Of a DNA stretch of 64,000 nucleotides, positions 28,415 through 38,598 are shown piece after piece (the stretch's first letter is position 1; the number at the start of each line of letters is the position of its first letter). The notes below the pieces were generated by a model. It made no database searches. It was not told the origin of the DNA and saw only the letters and a list, made by a program, of their open reading frames with translations. A program made the translations under genes and the position numbers. The DNA comes from Oligoflexales bacterium (lineage in GTDB: Bacteria > Bdellovibrionota_B > Oligoflexia > Oligoflexales > RGVZ01), in assembly GCA_947494335.1 (NCBI GenBank), contig CANLUT010000007.1, positions 2,037 to 66,036 on the forward strand, written 5' to 3'.

Positions 28415-30880
28415 ATGTCACTCTCTGAAACAAAAAAGTCATCTGGCGCAATAAGTTCGACGACCCTAGCCCTCGTCAGACTCAGTCGATGGCACCATCT
28501 TACCCCTGAAACCTTAGCATTGGTTAAGGCAGAGGTTGCTAAATCTTTGGGGCTGGAAGACAGCTCAACAAACGCTGGCATGCGAGAATCTGCTAGACCA
28601 TACGGTGAGCAAGACCCCGCAAAATTGACACCGCAGATGCGACACCTGATTGGAGCCGGGGCTCCGTGGCACGTGATTTCGGATGTGTTGTGGCAGGATT
28701 ATAACTCTGGGCCTAGTCCAATCAAGGCTGCTCGAATCCTGGAGACAGCGTTTGTACAGGCATCACCCTCGGAGACGTTGGATATTTTCACGCGCATCAT
28801 GTCCTCGGGGCTAAAAGGCTTTTATTGGTACCTCCACCCAAAATTACGCGACTTCATCGTTGAACACGCACCAGAACAGCACCTTGATCATCTTTATTGG
28901 GTAATCGCTCGAGAAACCGATGAATCAAAACTTAGCGGTATCGAGATGAATTACATCTTCCTACGCGTTGCCATGACCTCTGACAAAACAGCCGCTTGGA
29001 TGTATTTCCGTAGGCATAAGAATAAAATTCTCGACGCATTCGGTAGCTCTAGACATTTTGGTTTAACCAAAAACCAGCTAGTCATGAAAGCTGGCGAGTT
29101 AGCTTTGAGCCTTGGATACAATGAAGATGCGAAGAATCTTTTCCAACTATTCCCGCAGGATTCTAATGAGCGTGAAACCGCGGTTCAAATGCTACTTCGC
29201 TTCGAAAGTAATGTCGTAGATAGAGGCAAGAACAGTTATCTCGCGACTATCGACGATACACCAGAGTGGAAAGATCGCCTGAAGCTTCTCTCTAATTTCT
29301 GTGACAACCATCGAAAACTGGGATCGGTCCGTGACCCAAACAGGTCGTCTTTAGATCTGCTTTTGAAATCTGTTCTTCAGTGGGTTCCAAAAAATCCCGA
29401 AGGCTGGCGAATGGTTGGCGACCTCATTATCCATCATCGCGATCTCGCAAACTCCCTTCCTGGACTTTTAAAACCTCTATTCGATAACGCTGTCATATAC
29501 CATGGACCGGATATTGATGCTGCTCTTTGGCACGCTTCGGGAAACATCGAGCCCAGAAATTTCTTGGAACAGTATCTTGTGGCCACTGGCCTACTTCATA
29601 AGTATGTAACCAATCCCCGCTTGGGAGAATCGTTGCTCTGGGATGCGCAAAGGCTAATGATGCACCCCGACGCCGTTTCCTCAAACACACCATGGACATG
29701 GCGTGATTTACTAAAAACGGGATCTCAATGGCTAAATAATACTACTTTACTTCTAGATCGTGACAGAAAGCGCGGGTTGGCTGCTCTTCGTCTCGCTCAG
29801 GACGGCGTCCTCGCGTCACAGGATACCGTTGAAACATACCTCTCCCATTGTAGAAACATACCCGACGGCCTTCTGCAATCGATTGCAAAGAATGCCACCG
29901 CCTCAGGAAACTTTGATTTCGCAAAAAATCTGATAGTAAAAAGCGGACATTCCCGTGCATTCACAAATAAAGACTTACTAAACCTCTGGAACATGGCTGT
30001 GCGGGGTGACAATCCTGATTTCTCATGGCGGGTTGCGACGATTCTGAGTTCACGCGACTCGCTACCTGATTTGATCAAAAACTCCTGGGAAATAAGTGGC
30101 GAACGAAGAACAACCTACGTCCCGATCACGATCACCCAACAGGATATAGAATGCGCTTTGGCGCAGATAAGTCCCGTGACGAAAAAGATCTGCCTAGCTC
30201 TGTGCATCATTGGTGGGCGTATTAATGATTTAGCCCAAATTAATGGAGCTTCGAGCCATCACTCTCCACCTATGACGGGAAGCTCCGGTGCCGAGCTAGC
30301 GATTATCAATGCCCTAAAAACCTGCCCAGTGTTACCAAAACCAACCAAGTCAGTTGTAGAAGCACGCGGCGTACACATGGTGCCAGAGATTTCTGCTCCC
30401 TTGGCTCAATCAATCATAAATGGCCCATGGCTTTTTGCCTTGCGCCTCTTAGCTGAGCGTTTATCCATCCCCGCATGGGGTTGGAGTGTCAGCGTACTTC
30501 AGGAAATCACAAAATCAGTACTCCCTCTTATTGGAACGGAATCCTCGCAACGAAGCTCTCCGAAGCTTTCAAAATGGGTCTTAAGCCTGACATCACAGGA
30601 GCGGGCGGCCTGGGCTGAGGTTGCCAATTCCGCATCAGGGGAATCCACTGAACAAATTTCTGCTGAAATGACGAAATTCATATGCAGATTGGCACTACTT
30701 GTTTATCCAAGCCATCTCCATGCCCTAAAAACACTTCAGCAATTACGGATGCCTTTGGAAGTTCTTCGAGACTTAGAATGGTTTGTACTTTGTGATGAAA
30801 TATCTTCGTTCAGACTTCGCCACAACATTGCAAATCGAGTCGTAATTCCAGAAACATTGAAAAGCCATATTCAAATTTGA
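28415..30880 (+). CDS. Large hypothetical (likely alpha-helical) protein
   Basis: 821-aa uninterrupted ORF; no motif recognised. Confidence 0.75.
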   Translation: MSLSETKKSSGAISSTTLALVRLSRWHHLTPETLALVKAEVAKSLGLEDSSTNAGMRESARPYGEQDPAKLTPQMRHLIGAGAPWHVISDVLWQDYNSGPSPIKAARILETAFVQASPSETLDIFTRIMSSGLKGFYWYLHPKLRDFIVEHAPEQHLDHLYWVIARETDESKLSGIEMNYIFLRVAMTSDKTAAWMYFRRHKNKILDAFGSSRHFGLTKNQLVMKAGELALSLGYNEDAKNLFQLFPQDSNERETAVQMLLRFESNVVDRGKNSYLATIDDTPEWKDRLKLLSNFCDNHRKLGSVRDPNRSSLDLLLKSVLQWVPKNPEGWRMVGDLIIHHRDLANSLPGLLKPLFDNAVIYHGPDIDAALWHASGNIEPRNFLEQYLVATGLLHKYVTNPRLGESLLWDAQRLMMHPDAVSSNTPWTWRDLLKTGSQWLNNTTLLLDRDRKRGLAALRLAQDGVLASQDTVETYLSHCRNIPDGLLQSIAKNATASGNFDFAKNLIVKSGHSRAFTNKDLLNLWNMAVRGDNPDFSWRVATILSSRDSLPDLIKNSWEISGERRTTYVPITITQQDIECALAQISPVTKKICLALCIIGGRINDLAQINGASSHHSPPMTGSSGAELAIINALKTCPVLPKPTKSVVEARGVHMVPEISAPLAQSIINGPWLFALRLLAERLSIPAWGWSVSVLQEITKSVLPLIGTESSQRSSPKLSKWVLSLTSQERAAWAEVANSASGESTEQISAEMTKFICRLALLVYPSHLHALKTLQQLRMPLEVLRDLEWFVLCDEISSFRLRHNIANRVVIPETLKSHIQI

Positions 30881-31824
30881 TCTTTTGGCTCTGTACTTTT
30901 AGCAGGCCTAAACCGCAAGTCTTGTAAAAGACCCTCGGACTCTTCACGCCCAAAAATATTAAGTGCAAAGTCAACTGTTCCACTTGATGCGAGACCAACC
31001 ACGGAGACAGCAAGCATCGATTTGAAGGTTTTCTGATGATCTCTGGATGTGAATGGATCGACTCCAAGAGCTGATCTTGCAAACATACTTGGACCTTGAG
31101 CGTCATCATGAGTCGCGTTAGGAACGCTGATTTCTAGAATATCGCCGGCAGCGTGCTTCCAAAACTTATCTCTGCCCCTTGACGTAAAGACAAGTTTATC
31201 AGCGCCCAGCAAAATAATAGGCAGATCTATATCCTGAAGATCTTTCAAAACAGTTTTATGAACAACGGCTGGATCAAGTAAAACTAAACCTAATACGGGA
31301 GAACCTTGACGCGCTGCAATCACAGAAGCACTGCCACCGAACGAATGGCCAACTAAAATCATCCTTGATGTATCAGCATTTCGACCAAGGATATCCGGTC
31401 GTCGGTAGATAAGCTCCGTCAATGCTTTTAAACGCGAACCATTATCAAGCCACTGATTCCGATTAGGCAAGTCACTAACTACGACATGAAAGCCCCATGA
31501 TGCCAAATAGCGAGCCTGAGCGTTATGAGCATCTCGGCTTGAATAATTACCATGTGTTATAAAAATCACTGGGATCTTCTCGATCGTCTGCGGATAAAAG
31601 TGATCAATAACTAATGTGTTATTAAAGTCGATCGCCAACTCTCGACCTCGTTTTTCAGAGACGGAAAACGGGCCGTTGCCGTGAAAGCTTCTTAATCTCG
31701 GCTCCTTAAGTATCACGCGTGAATGCAGTTCATCCACGCCTAGGCGAGTATCCGAGAAACTCTGCAAAGAAACGCAGGCATTGCCCAAGAGACTGAATAC
31801 CAGCAATATTTTTGAAAGCATCAT
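30871..31824 (-). CDS. Alpha/beta-hydrolase lipoprotein (chlorophyllase/lipase-like)
   Basis: Lipobox-like LGNAC; ITHG, YLASWGFHVV, GHSFGG nucleophile elbow, LLDP, NATH; start estimated at 31824/31821. Confidence 0.8.
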   Translation of the reverse strand: MMLSKILLVFSLLGNACVSLQSFSDTRLGVDELHSRVILKEPRLRSFHGNGPFSVSEKRGRELAIDFNNTLVIDHFYPQTIEKIPVIFITHGNYSSRDAHNAQARYLASWGFHVVVSDLPNRNQWLDNGSRLKALTELIYRRPDILGRNADTSRMILVGHSFGGSASVIAARQGSPVLGLVLLDPAVVHKTVLKDLQDIDLPIILLGADKLVFTSRGRDKFWKHAAGDILEISVPNATHDDAQGPSMFARSALGVDPFTSRDHQKTFKSMLAVSVVGLASSGTVDFALNIFGREESEGLLQDLRFRPAKSTEPKDQI

Positions 31825-31859
31825 TAACAACTCAAACTCCACCAGAAAATCTGCTAAAA

Positions 31860-31886
31860 TAATCGGTACATCTCGCAAAAAATTGA
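31860..31886 (-). promoter_or_regulatory. sigma28-type promoter for the hydrolase
   Basis: Minus strand TCAA-N15-ACCGATTA. Confidence 0.55.
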
Positions 31887-31921
31887 CAAAGACGCTCAGC
31901 GGCAATCTGGAGCCAAGCATA

Positions 31922-32482
31922 ATGCAACGACAACACTTGTTTTTTTTAAATTTTTTGATGTCTATCCAAATTTTGGGATGTAAAAGCCTTTATGACTTCA
32001 AAAACTACTCCAAGTCTAATGTCAAAGGAAACATCTCAGGCACAGAGTGGACCTATGCTTATGCCTATACAAATCCCGAGGCTAAACTCGCCGACGGACA
32101 GGAAATTATGATTGTTTTAGTTACGGCTAAGCCCAAAAACGCATGTCCGGACGTTAACGATAAACTCGCAGACCAGAGAGAGGTGGCCATTGCCATCGAC
32201 GGCAAAATCGGAGAGATGAAAATTGGGGCTGCTTCAGATCGTCTTGAAACTAGTGACGACATGTTTACTTATAGAAAATTAGACCGCCAGGCGTCTGTAG
32301 CCTTTTTTGATCCTTCAAAGCCTAACGATGAGCAGTATAAATTTGCCACATCAGGAAAGGTCAAAATTACAAAAATTAGTAAAGAAACGATTGAAGGTGC
32401 AATTCTCGCAAAGATCAATCGATCAATTTTTGTAAACGGACGCTTTAAAGCGAAGGTTTGTAAATACGGACAGCTTAATTAG
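31922..32482 (+). CDS. Hypothetical lipoprotein
   Basis: MQRQHLFFLNFLMSIQILGC lipobox; beta-rich body (ATSGKVKIT...IEG...VNGRFKAKVC). Confidence 0.7.
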   Translation: MQRQHLFFLNFLMSIQILGCKSLYDFKNYSKSNVKGNISGTEWTYAYAYTNPEAKLADGQEIMIVLVTAKPKNACPDVNDKLADQREVAIAIDGKIGEMKIGAASDRLETSDDMFTYRKLDRQASVAFFDPSKPNDEQYKFATSGKVKITKISKETIEGAILAKINRSIFVNGRFKAKVCKYGQLN

Positions 32483-32763
32483 TCGCAGATTTCATGCTCT
32501 ATTTTACGTGGCGCATCCTGCCAGGGCCTGTATGCCCATGCCTCCGATAGCGGTAATAGAAAAAGAAGACCACCAAGAGCGCAAGCCAAAAGCTCAATAT
32601 TGATTGGAGCAGCACGATGAGACTGCAGTGAATTCCAGGCGATCGCCGATGTGATAAGCGCCACAGCCAGAAATGTTGCCGCAAAGTTTATGAAACGCTG
32701 CTTCGGATTCACAAGCAATGTCACGACCTTTGCAGATACCACATTGTCAACTTGCTTTGCCAT
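32479..32763 (-). CDS. Small 2-TM membrane protein
   Basis: Two hydrophobic helices; GGGGG RBS upstream. Confidence 0.65.
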   Translation of the reverse strand: MAKQVDNVVSAKVVTLLVNPKQRFINFAATFLAVALITSAIAWNSLQSHRAAPINIELLACALGGLLFLLPLSEAWAYRPWQDAPRKIEHEICD

Positions 32764-32789
32764 CTTTTACCCCCAATAATTTAGTCGTC

Positions 32790-33143
32790 CTACTTTTTTG
32801 TTTCTTGCGATTTTTGACTGGTAAACTTAAGGGTGCTTGCCTGACCGTGAACACCCCATCGAAGCCATGCAATAATCGTTGTTGTGCCACCAACAAAAAT
32901 GAAATTCCAAACCGAAATCTGAGACATTGTAGCCAGATCAGTGGCTGCATACATGCACACCCCGATCGCCATCAATGTGATTGAATAGGTTAAATGTGCG
33001 AGGTCATCTCGGCGATCCACACCTTTGAGGCTAGTTAACAAAATCACCACCCAGAAGGCGCATAAAAGCAAAGACCACGGAGCAAAAGGTATAACCCCAT
33101 CCCACCACTCACGCAGACTACCGCTAAATAGACTGGTCGACAT
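32790..33143 (-). CDS. Small 3-TM membrane protein
   Basis: Three hydrophobic helices; AGGAGG RBS upstream. Confidence 0.65.
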   Translation of the reverse strand: MSTSLFSGSLREWWDGVIPFAPWSLLLCAFWVVILLTSLKGVDRRDDLAHLTYSITLMAIGVCMYAATDLATMSQISVWNFIFVGGTTTIIAWLRWGVHGQASTLKFTSQKSQETKK

Positions 33144-33171
33144 ACTGCCCAATCCTCCTTCGCAGTCCTAA

Positions 33172-33198
33172 AGATCGGCAGTTAAACCTGCGACTTAA
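33172..33198 (-). promoter_or_regulatory. sigma28-type promoter for the two membrane proteins
   Basis: Minus strand TTAA(G)-N15-GCCGATCT. Confidence 0.65.
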
Positions 33199-33208
33199 CA
33201 GGCAATAC

Positions 33209-33237
33209 TTGCCCAGTAGGGACTCCTAGGTTACCAT
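33209..33237 (+). promoter_or_regulatory. sigma70 promoter for the DUF1573 gene
   Basis: TTGCCC-N17-TACCAT. Confidence 0.5.
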
Positions 33238-33268
33238 TAGGACACTTCCCCGCGTACTGGAGATAAAC

Positions 33269-34333
33269 ATGCCGACCAAGGTCCTGCCATTTTTGGCTAT
33301 TGTGATGATCCTCGCCACAATTGAGACTGCGCCAGCAGCAAGCCGCTCTGCAGAAGCTCGGTCTGTAACTAAAAACAATCGTCTAACCAACGAGCCATCA
33401 GGTGTGATCTCCTTTGACAAACCAGTTATCGACTTTGGACTGGTTAAAAGAGGACAAAAACTACCAGCAAAATTTCCGTTCAAAAACATCGGAAAAGGAA
33501 CATTATCCGTTCAAGGGGTTCAGGCGTCTTGCAACTGTGCAACAGTGGACGCTGCGAAAGGCAAAGCATTTGCGCCGGGGGAAAGTGGTCTCATTGAAGT
33601 TTTGTTTGATACTACCGACTATTCCGGCAAAGTCTCAAAAGCAATCACAGTCATCACAAATGAACGATCAATGCCAGATCGCACCCTGACAATCACCGCT
33701 CTGGTAAATAGCGAGCTCGACGCAACACCGCCATTAGTAGACTTCGGCGACGTCGTACTCAACCAAACACCCCAACAGACCATAAGACTCAAAAACAATA
33801 TGAAAACCGAACTTAAAATTGAGCGTATTCGCTTCAATGAAGAGTTTCTTGATGTTGGCTATACTAAGGATGGCCGTGAGTTCACCATTTACGTTAAATT
33901 GAAGCCGACGGTACCAATTGGTTTTTTCAAAGATACTATATGGGTAAAAAATAATTCTGCATCGCTCCCCGAGATGCCAATTCCAATTCGCGCGTCAATT
34001 CGAGGTCAGATCTCTGCTAGCCCGGCCTACATTGAGTTTGGATCAGTGTCCGCGAATGAAACAGCTGCCAGACAAATCGCGCTTCGAGCCTCGAAAGAGT
34101 TTGAGATTACGGATAACTCTGTTGAATTGAATGTCAACGGCAGCAAAGCCGATGATGGTCAGAAGCTCATAAAGATCAGTGTGCAGCAGGTAGATAAGAC
34201 CGGCAAAAACATATCACTCGAACTAAAAAATCCAGGAAACAAATCCGGAAGCGTTCACGGTAAAATCACCCTTCAGACCAATAATCCCCAGCAGAAGAAT
34301 TTGGTAGTAGACTTTTACGCGTTCTTCCGCTGA
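33269..34333 (+). CDS. Exported DUF1573 (Ig-like repeat) protein
   Basis: Signal peptide; FPFKNIG...VQASCNCA...PGESG; repeated 'DFG' Ig-like modules. Confidence 0.85.
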   Translation: MPTKVLPFLAIVMILATIETAPAASRSAEARSVTKNNRLTNEPSGVISFDKPVIDFGLVKRGQKLPAKFPFKNIGKGTLSVQGVQASCNCATVDAAKGKAFAPGESGLIEVLFDTTDYSGKVSKAITVITNERSMPDRTLTITALVNSELDATPPLVDFGDVVLNQTPQQTIRLKNNMKTELKIERIRFNEEFLDVGYTKDGREFTIYVKLKPTVPIGFFKDTIWVKNNSASLPEMPIPIRASIRGQISASPAYIEFGSVSANETAARQIALRASKEFEITDNSVELNVNGSKADDGQKLIKISVQQVDKTGKNISLELKNPGNKSGSVHGKITLQTNNPQQKNLVVDFYAFFR

Positions 34334-34334
34334 T

Positions 34335-35762
34335 TTAGTGTACTAGCTCGCCGACCAAAGCCGTCTTATTTCCTCCCATAATTTTAACAGGGAGAGTCTT
34401 GCCCGCAAGATCAGCCGAACTATGAACGCGTACAACCCGAAACTCTGGAGTTTTGCCAATCCAAACTCCGGGTTCTTTTTTACTGTTGAATACAAAGAGT
34501 ACATGTTTAACTGATCCAACATCTGCCAGAGCCAGTTCCAGGGTAATCTTGTCCTGAAGCTGATTTAAAGCCGCAAGGCGGCGCTCTTTGATGTCCTCAG
34601 GTATCTGATCCAAAAATCTGGTCGCAGCAGTACCCTTACGCGGTGAGTATTTGAACGAGTAGATAAAGCTAAAACGCACAGCTTCTATAAGCCTCAATGT
34701 CCCTTCAAATTCTTCCTCGGTTTCACCGGGAAAGCCCACAATCAGGTCGGTGCTTATCGCAATTCCAGGGACGGCGTCTCGCAGCCATTTAATGCGCTGC
34801 ATATATTCTTCGACAGTCACCTTGCGTTTCATTCTTTCAAGGGTTCTATCGTGTCCAGCTTGAACAGGAAGATGGATGTATCGTCCAAGCTTAGGATGAC
34901 TTGAAAATAGCTCGGCCAATGGCTTGGTAAAGTCATGAGGATTTGATGTCGTAAAACGAACCCGATCTACTCCCGGCAAATCAGACACCGCCTTAAGAAG
35001 CTCAACAAACGGGCCTCCATCAGCCGGTACATCATCACGACCCAACAGGTCTAGACCGTAACTATTCACGTTCTGTCCAAGCAATGTGATTTCCTTGGCT
35101 CCTTGCGAAACCATGTATTCAACTTCTTTGACTATCTCTGGAATTGGCCTGCTGATCTCACGGCCGCGGGTAAACGGGACCACACAAAACGTACAGAAGT
35201 TATTGCAGCCTTGGATGATATTCACGAAGCGATTCACTTCTGGTTTACCAGAAATTGATGGAATATGGATCATCGGCTCATCACTAATAGTCGAATGCTC
35301 CGCCCCCCGATCACCATGTTCATCTTTATGACGATCAAAGCCCGTCGCGACTGCAGACACCCCGGTCTGCTCACGTTCCTCAAGAAGACGCGGCAACTCA
35401 TCAATTTTTCCAGGTCCAATAAGAACATCGATCTGAGGAGCCAGCTCAATCAATTTTTTACCGTCAGCCTGAGCCACACAGCCAGTAACCGCAATTTTTA
35501 AACCTGGCTTTTTTGACTTGATGCGATCAAGAACTCCCAGCCGACTGAGAACCTTGTGTCTTGCTTTCTCCCGAATATGGCAGGTATTTAAAAGGATCAA
35601 ATCTGCTGCTTCCGGGCCTGAAGCCGTCAGCTCATAATTGTTTGCCTCCAGAAGAGAGAGCATACGCTCACTATCCGCCACATTCATCTGGCAGCCCCAA
35701 GTCTCAATGTGAACTTTACGCCTAAGCACCAGATTGTCAGCTTTTGTCGGCTCTACATTCAT
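34335..35762 (-). CDS. miaB: tRNA-2-methylthio-N6-dimethylallyladenosine synthase
   Basis: TWGCQMNVADSE, NTCHIRE, GCNNFCTFCVVP, LLGQNVNSYG, IVGFPGET, TRAM domain. Confidence 0.95.
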   Translation of the reverse strand: MNVEPTKADNLVLRRKVHIETWGCQMNVADSERMLSLLEANNYELTASGPEAADLILLNTCHIREKARHKVLSRLGVLDRIKSKKPGLKIAVTGCVAQADGKKLIELAPQIDVLIGPGKIDELPRLLEEREQTGVSAVATGFDRHKDEHGDRGAEHSTISDEPMIHIPSISGKPEVNRFVNIIQGCNNFCTFCVVPFTRGREISRPIPEIVKEVEYMVSQGAKEITLLGQNVNSYGLDLLGRDDVPADGGPFVELLKAVSDLPGVDRVRFTTSNPHDFTKPLAELFSSHPKLGRYIHLPVQAGHDRTLERMKRKVTVEEYMQRIKWLRDAVPGIAISTDLIVGFPGETEEEFEGTLRLIEAVRFSFIYSFKYSPRKGTAATRFLDQIPEDIKERRLAALNQLQDKITLELALADVGSVKHVLFVFNSKKEPGVWIGKTPEFRVVRVHSSADLAGKTLPVKIMGGNKTALVGELVH

Positions 35763-35780
35763 AAACTTTGTCCCAAATAA

Positions 35781-37325
35781 TTATCGGCGATTTTTTTTGC
35801 GAGCGTCTTTGGCGGCCTTGCGCATTTTCTTTAACTTTTCACGATCAACTTTCTTGGGAGTCGCAGCGCCCAGACCACCACCAAAAAGATCACCCATTCC
35901 ACCCATTCCACCAGGTAATCCACCCTGGCTCATCATGTTTTGTGCCATTTTCCGCATATTATTGAGCTGACCTAGGCCACCCATTCCTGGAATTTTACCA
36001 AGCATGCCACCAAAACCTTTGCCCATCATCCCCATCATTTGCCGCATGGATTTGAAACGCTTAATCACATCATGAACGTCATTGGGCTTTGTTCCGCTGC
36101 CTTTGGCAATACGACGAATGCGGTTATCATTGAAAACTGCTGGATTTACTCGCTCTTGCTCAGTCATGGAGTCAATCATGGCCTTAACCTTGACAAGCTC
36201 ACGATCATCCAAATTAGCTTCCTTAGGCAGCATGCCCTGCATCGGCAGCTTTGCCATAATATCTTTCAAAGAGCCCATCTGCTGAATCATGGACAGCTGA
36301 TTGTAAAAATCTTTGAAATTAAATTGCCCTTCGAGCATTTTGAGCATCTCGGCTTCTTTGTCGCCTGTGTGAACACGCTCAAAGTCCTCCATGAGGCCAA
36401 TGACATCTCCCATGCCTAAAATTCGGCTGGCAAGACCCTCCGGTCTAAACTCCTCAAGGCGCGCGAGATCTTCTCCCATACCGAGAAATTTCAGAGGCTT
36501 TCCCGTCACGCGTCGAATACTAAGCGCCGCGCCACCTCGGGTATCACCATCGAGTTTCGTCATGACGACGCCTGAGATATCCAAGCGATCATTGAATGAT
36601 TTGGCAGTTGTTACTGCATCCTGGCCCATCATCGCATCACAGACAAAAAAGATGTTGTCGGGTTTTGCCAGAGCCTTAATATCGTCAAGCTCCTGCATCA
36701 ACTCGCTGTCAATTGTCAGTCGACCAGCCGTATCCAACAGCACGACATCACATCCGAGCTCAAACGCTTTCTGAATGGATTTTTCGCAAATTTCTTGGGG
36801 CTTAGCGCCGTCAACGTGGAAAACAGGAATTTCCAGCTTTCGACCAAGGACTCTCAATTGTTCAACGGCCGCTGGACGATAGACGTCAGCTGCAACCAAT
36901 AATGGCTTTCGCTTAAACTTTGTCATCAAATAGTTTGCAAGCTTACCAGTTGTCGTCGTCTTACCACTTCCCTGTAAGCCCACCATCATAATGGTTGTGG
37001 GACGATTGACGGCAAAACGAATAGACGCGTCGGGTTCACCCATCAGAGCTTCGAGCTCTTTTTTACATATCTGTACGAAATGATCGGCAGGTGTGACGCG
37101 AACCCGTTCAGATCCTGATCCAGCGCGAACTTGAACAGTCTGACCCAACGCCTCAGACTTCACTTTGCTCAAGAAGTCCTTGGCGACCCCATACTCAACA
37201 TCGGCTTCAAGAAGACTCTTACGAATCTCTCCTATTGCCTCATTAATGTTTTCTTCCGTCAGAGTTGCTTTGCCAGTGAACTTTTCGCGAGCGACACGAA
37301 AGCCATCACTCAAAATATCAAGCAT
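35781..37325 (-). CDS. ffh: Signal recognition particle protein
   Basis: LLEADV, GLQGSGKTTT, DTAGR, TKLDGDTRGG, RILGMGD, RRIAKGSG. Confidence 0.97.
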   Translation of the reverse strand: MLDILSDGFRVAREKFTGKATLTEENINEAIGEIRKSLLEADVEYGVAKDFLSKVKSEALGQTVQVRAGSGSERVRVTPADHFVQICKKELEALMGEPDASIRFAVNRPTTIMMVGLQGSGKTTTTGKLANYLMTKFKRKPLLVAADVYRPAAVEQLRVLGRKLEIPVFHVDGAKPQEICEKSIQKAFELGCDVVLLDTAGRLTIDSELMQELDDIKALAKPDNIFFVCDAMMGQDAVTTAKSFNDRLDISGVVMTKLDGDTRGGAALSIRRVTGKPLKFLGMGEDLARLEEFRPEGLASRILGMGDVIGLMEDFERVHTGDKEAEMLKMLEGQFNFKDFYNQLSMIQQMGSLKDIMAKLPMQGMLPKEANLDDRELVKVKAMIDSMTEQERVNPAVFNDNRIRRIAKGSGTKPNDVHDVIKRFKSMRQMMGMMGKGFGGMLGKIPGMGGLGQLNNMRKMAQNMMSQGGLPGGMGGMGDLFGGGLGAATPKKVDREKLKKMRKAAKDARKKNRR

Positions 37326-37400
37326 TCAAGGCTCCTTTAGTTCAGCCAGACTATGCCACCTAAAAATCTCAAAAATCCCAGTAATGTCCGAGATTAGGAC

Positions 37401-37429
37401 CGTATAATGGGATTCGTTTGTAACGTCAA
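37401..37429 (-). promoter_or_regulatory. sigma70 promoter of ffh-miaB
   Basis: Minus strand TTGACG-N17-TATACG. Confidence 0.55.
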
Positions 37430-37473
37430 TAAAAAGGGTCAAAAGGGGGGCGTTTTGCGCCTCCTCGAGCTCA

Positions 37474-38598
37474 CTAAAATCCTGAATTTAACACCTTAAA
37501 AAACAGCCCAGATGCGTCAGCCAGGATTTTTTGGCGCCACCGGCTATCTTGCGGAAAAAAAAGATTTTTAAGGTGCCTCGACGCCTTGGAATCAGGTCCA
37601 ATTTTACCCCTTAGCCAAGCGCCGCGCTCAGATCTCAAACCACGTAACACTCTAAAATCATTATAGGTACCAAATTCCTGTAAAATATAGCGAACTTTCG
37701 ACTTTGGAAAGGCCTGGTAAATGAGGTTTGAAAAGCTACCAAAAGACCTATAAGTCGAGCGGCCCTCGATCTCGTCCAAGGTCAGCTTCACGTTCAGTTG
37801 CCGCTGCATCAGCTGAAGATCACCTTGTTCCGCGACTTCCGTCGAAAAAAGTGCCTCAAACCCATAGGGTCCAAGTCCCGTGTGAATGTCGACGGCGAAC
37901 ACTCGTTGAACATCAGAAAAATTTTGCTCAAAGAAATTTTTGAGTCGTGACAACTCCGGTTGCCATTTATCTCCGCCGTAGAAAAAACCATCGGCATAAT
38001 GATACTGGCCACCTGAAAGCCCCTGCATCAAAAATTGCTTTCCTCGCCGAATAGTCATTGCCGCTAAACGCAACCAGCAAAGCCAGCGGCGCCAGGACTC
38101 GTCGGTTAGGATCTGATGCACCTGATGGTAGGCCCTACCATCAGGCAAATTGTCTCCGGTTAGAAACGCATTACGATTTAAATCAACATTATCTGCATTG
38201 TTTCGTCGAAGCCAACTCATGCCATAAGCGTTCACGGTATGAACGAACACGACGCGAATCCGCGGTAATGCGTCAATTCGCCCCGACTTTTTTAGTGCAG
38301 AGAGCTCCCTAAGAATTTGCAGCTGAGCTGCACTCCCAGCAAAGCCTTCCACTCCATGCACACCGGACACATGTAAAAAAAGATCAGATGGAGAGTTTTT
38401 AGACGAATGTCCCAGCAAAACTGTCCCAATACCAATTGAGAGACTTTCACCGCCTGGACCTTTTTGTCCAAGGTCGAGGCTTTGAAACTCGCCACCAATT
38501 TCACCAATACTTAATATGAAAGCTTTGCGTGCGTCCGACCATGAGTCAAAACACACACCACCCGTCTTTTCATTCATCAGAGAAAACCTTCTCACCAC
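37474..38598 (-). CDS. DUF2817 / M14-like metallopeptidase
   Basis: SGVHGVEGFAGS, HTVNAYG, RRNNADNVDLNRN, DIHTGLG, EFGT; start 38598 or 38577. Confidence 0.85.
   Translation of the reverse strand: MVRRFSLMNEKTGGVCFDSWSDARKAFILSIGEIGGEFQSLDLGQKGPGGESLSIGIGTVLLGHSSKNSPSDLFLHVSGVHGVEGFAGSAAQLQILRELSALKKSGRIDALPRIRVVFVHTVNAYGMSWLRRNNADNVDLNRNAFLTGDNLPDGRAYHQVHQILTDESWRRWLCWLRLAAMTIRRGKQFLMQGLSGGQYHYADGFFYGGDKWQPELSRLKNFFEQNFSDVQRVFAVDIHTGLGPYGFEALFSTEVAEQGDLQLMQRQLNVKLTLDEIEGRSTYRSFGSFSNLIYQAFPKSKVRYILQEFGTYNDFRVLRGLRSERGAWLRGKIGPDSKASRHLKNLFFPQDSRWRQKILADASGLFFKVLNSGF

Noticed and set aside
37326-37473. SRP RNA (ffs) next to ffh
   Set aside because: No domain IV signature (TCAGG..GGAA..AGCAG); only a short hairpin and a promoter
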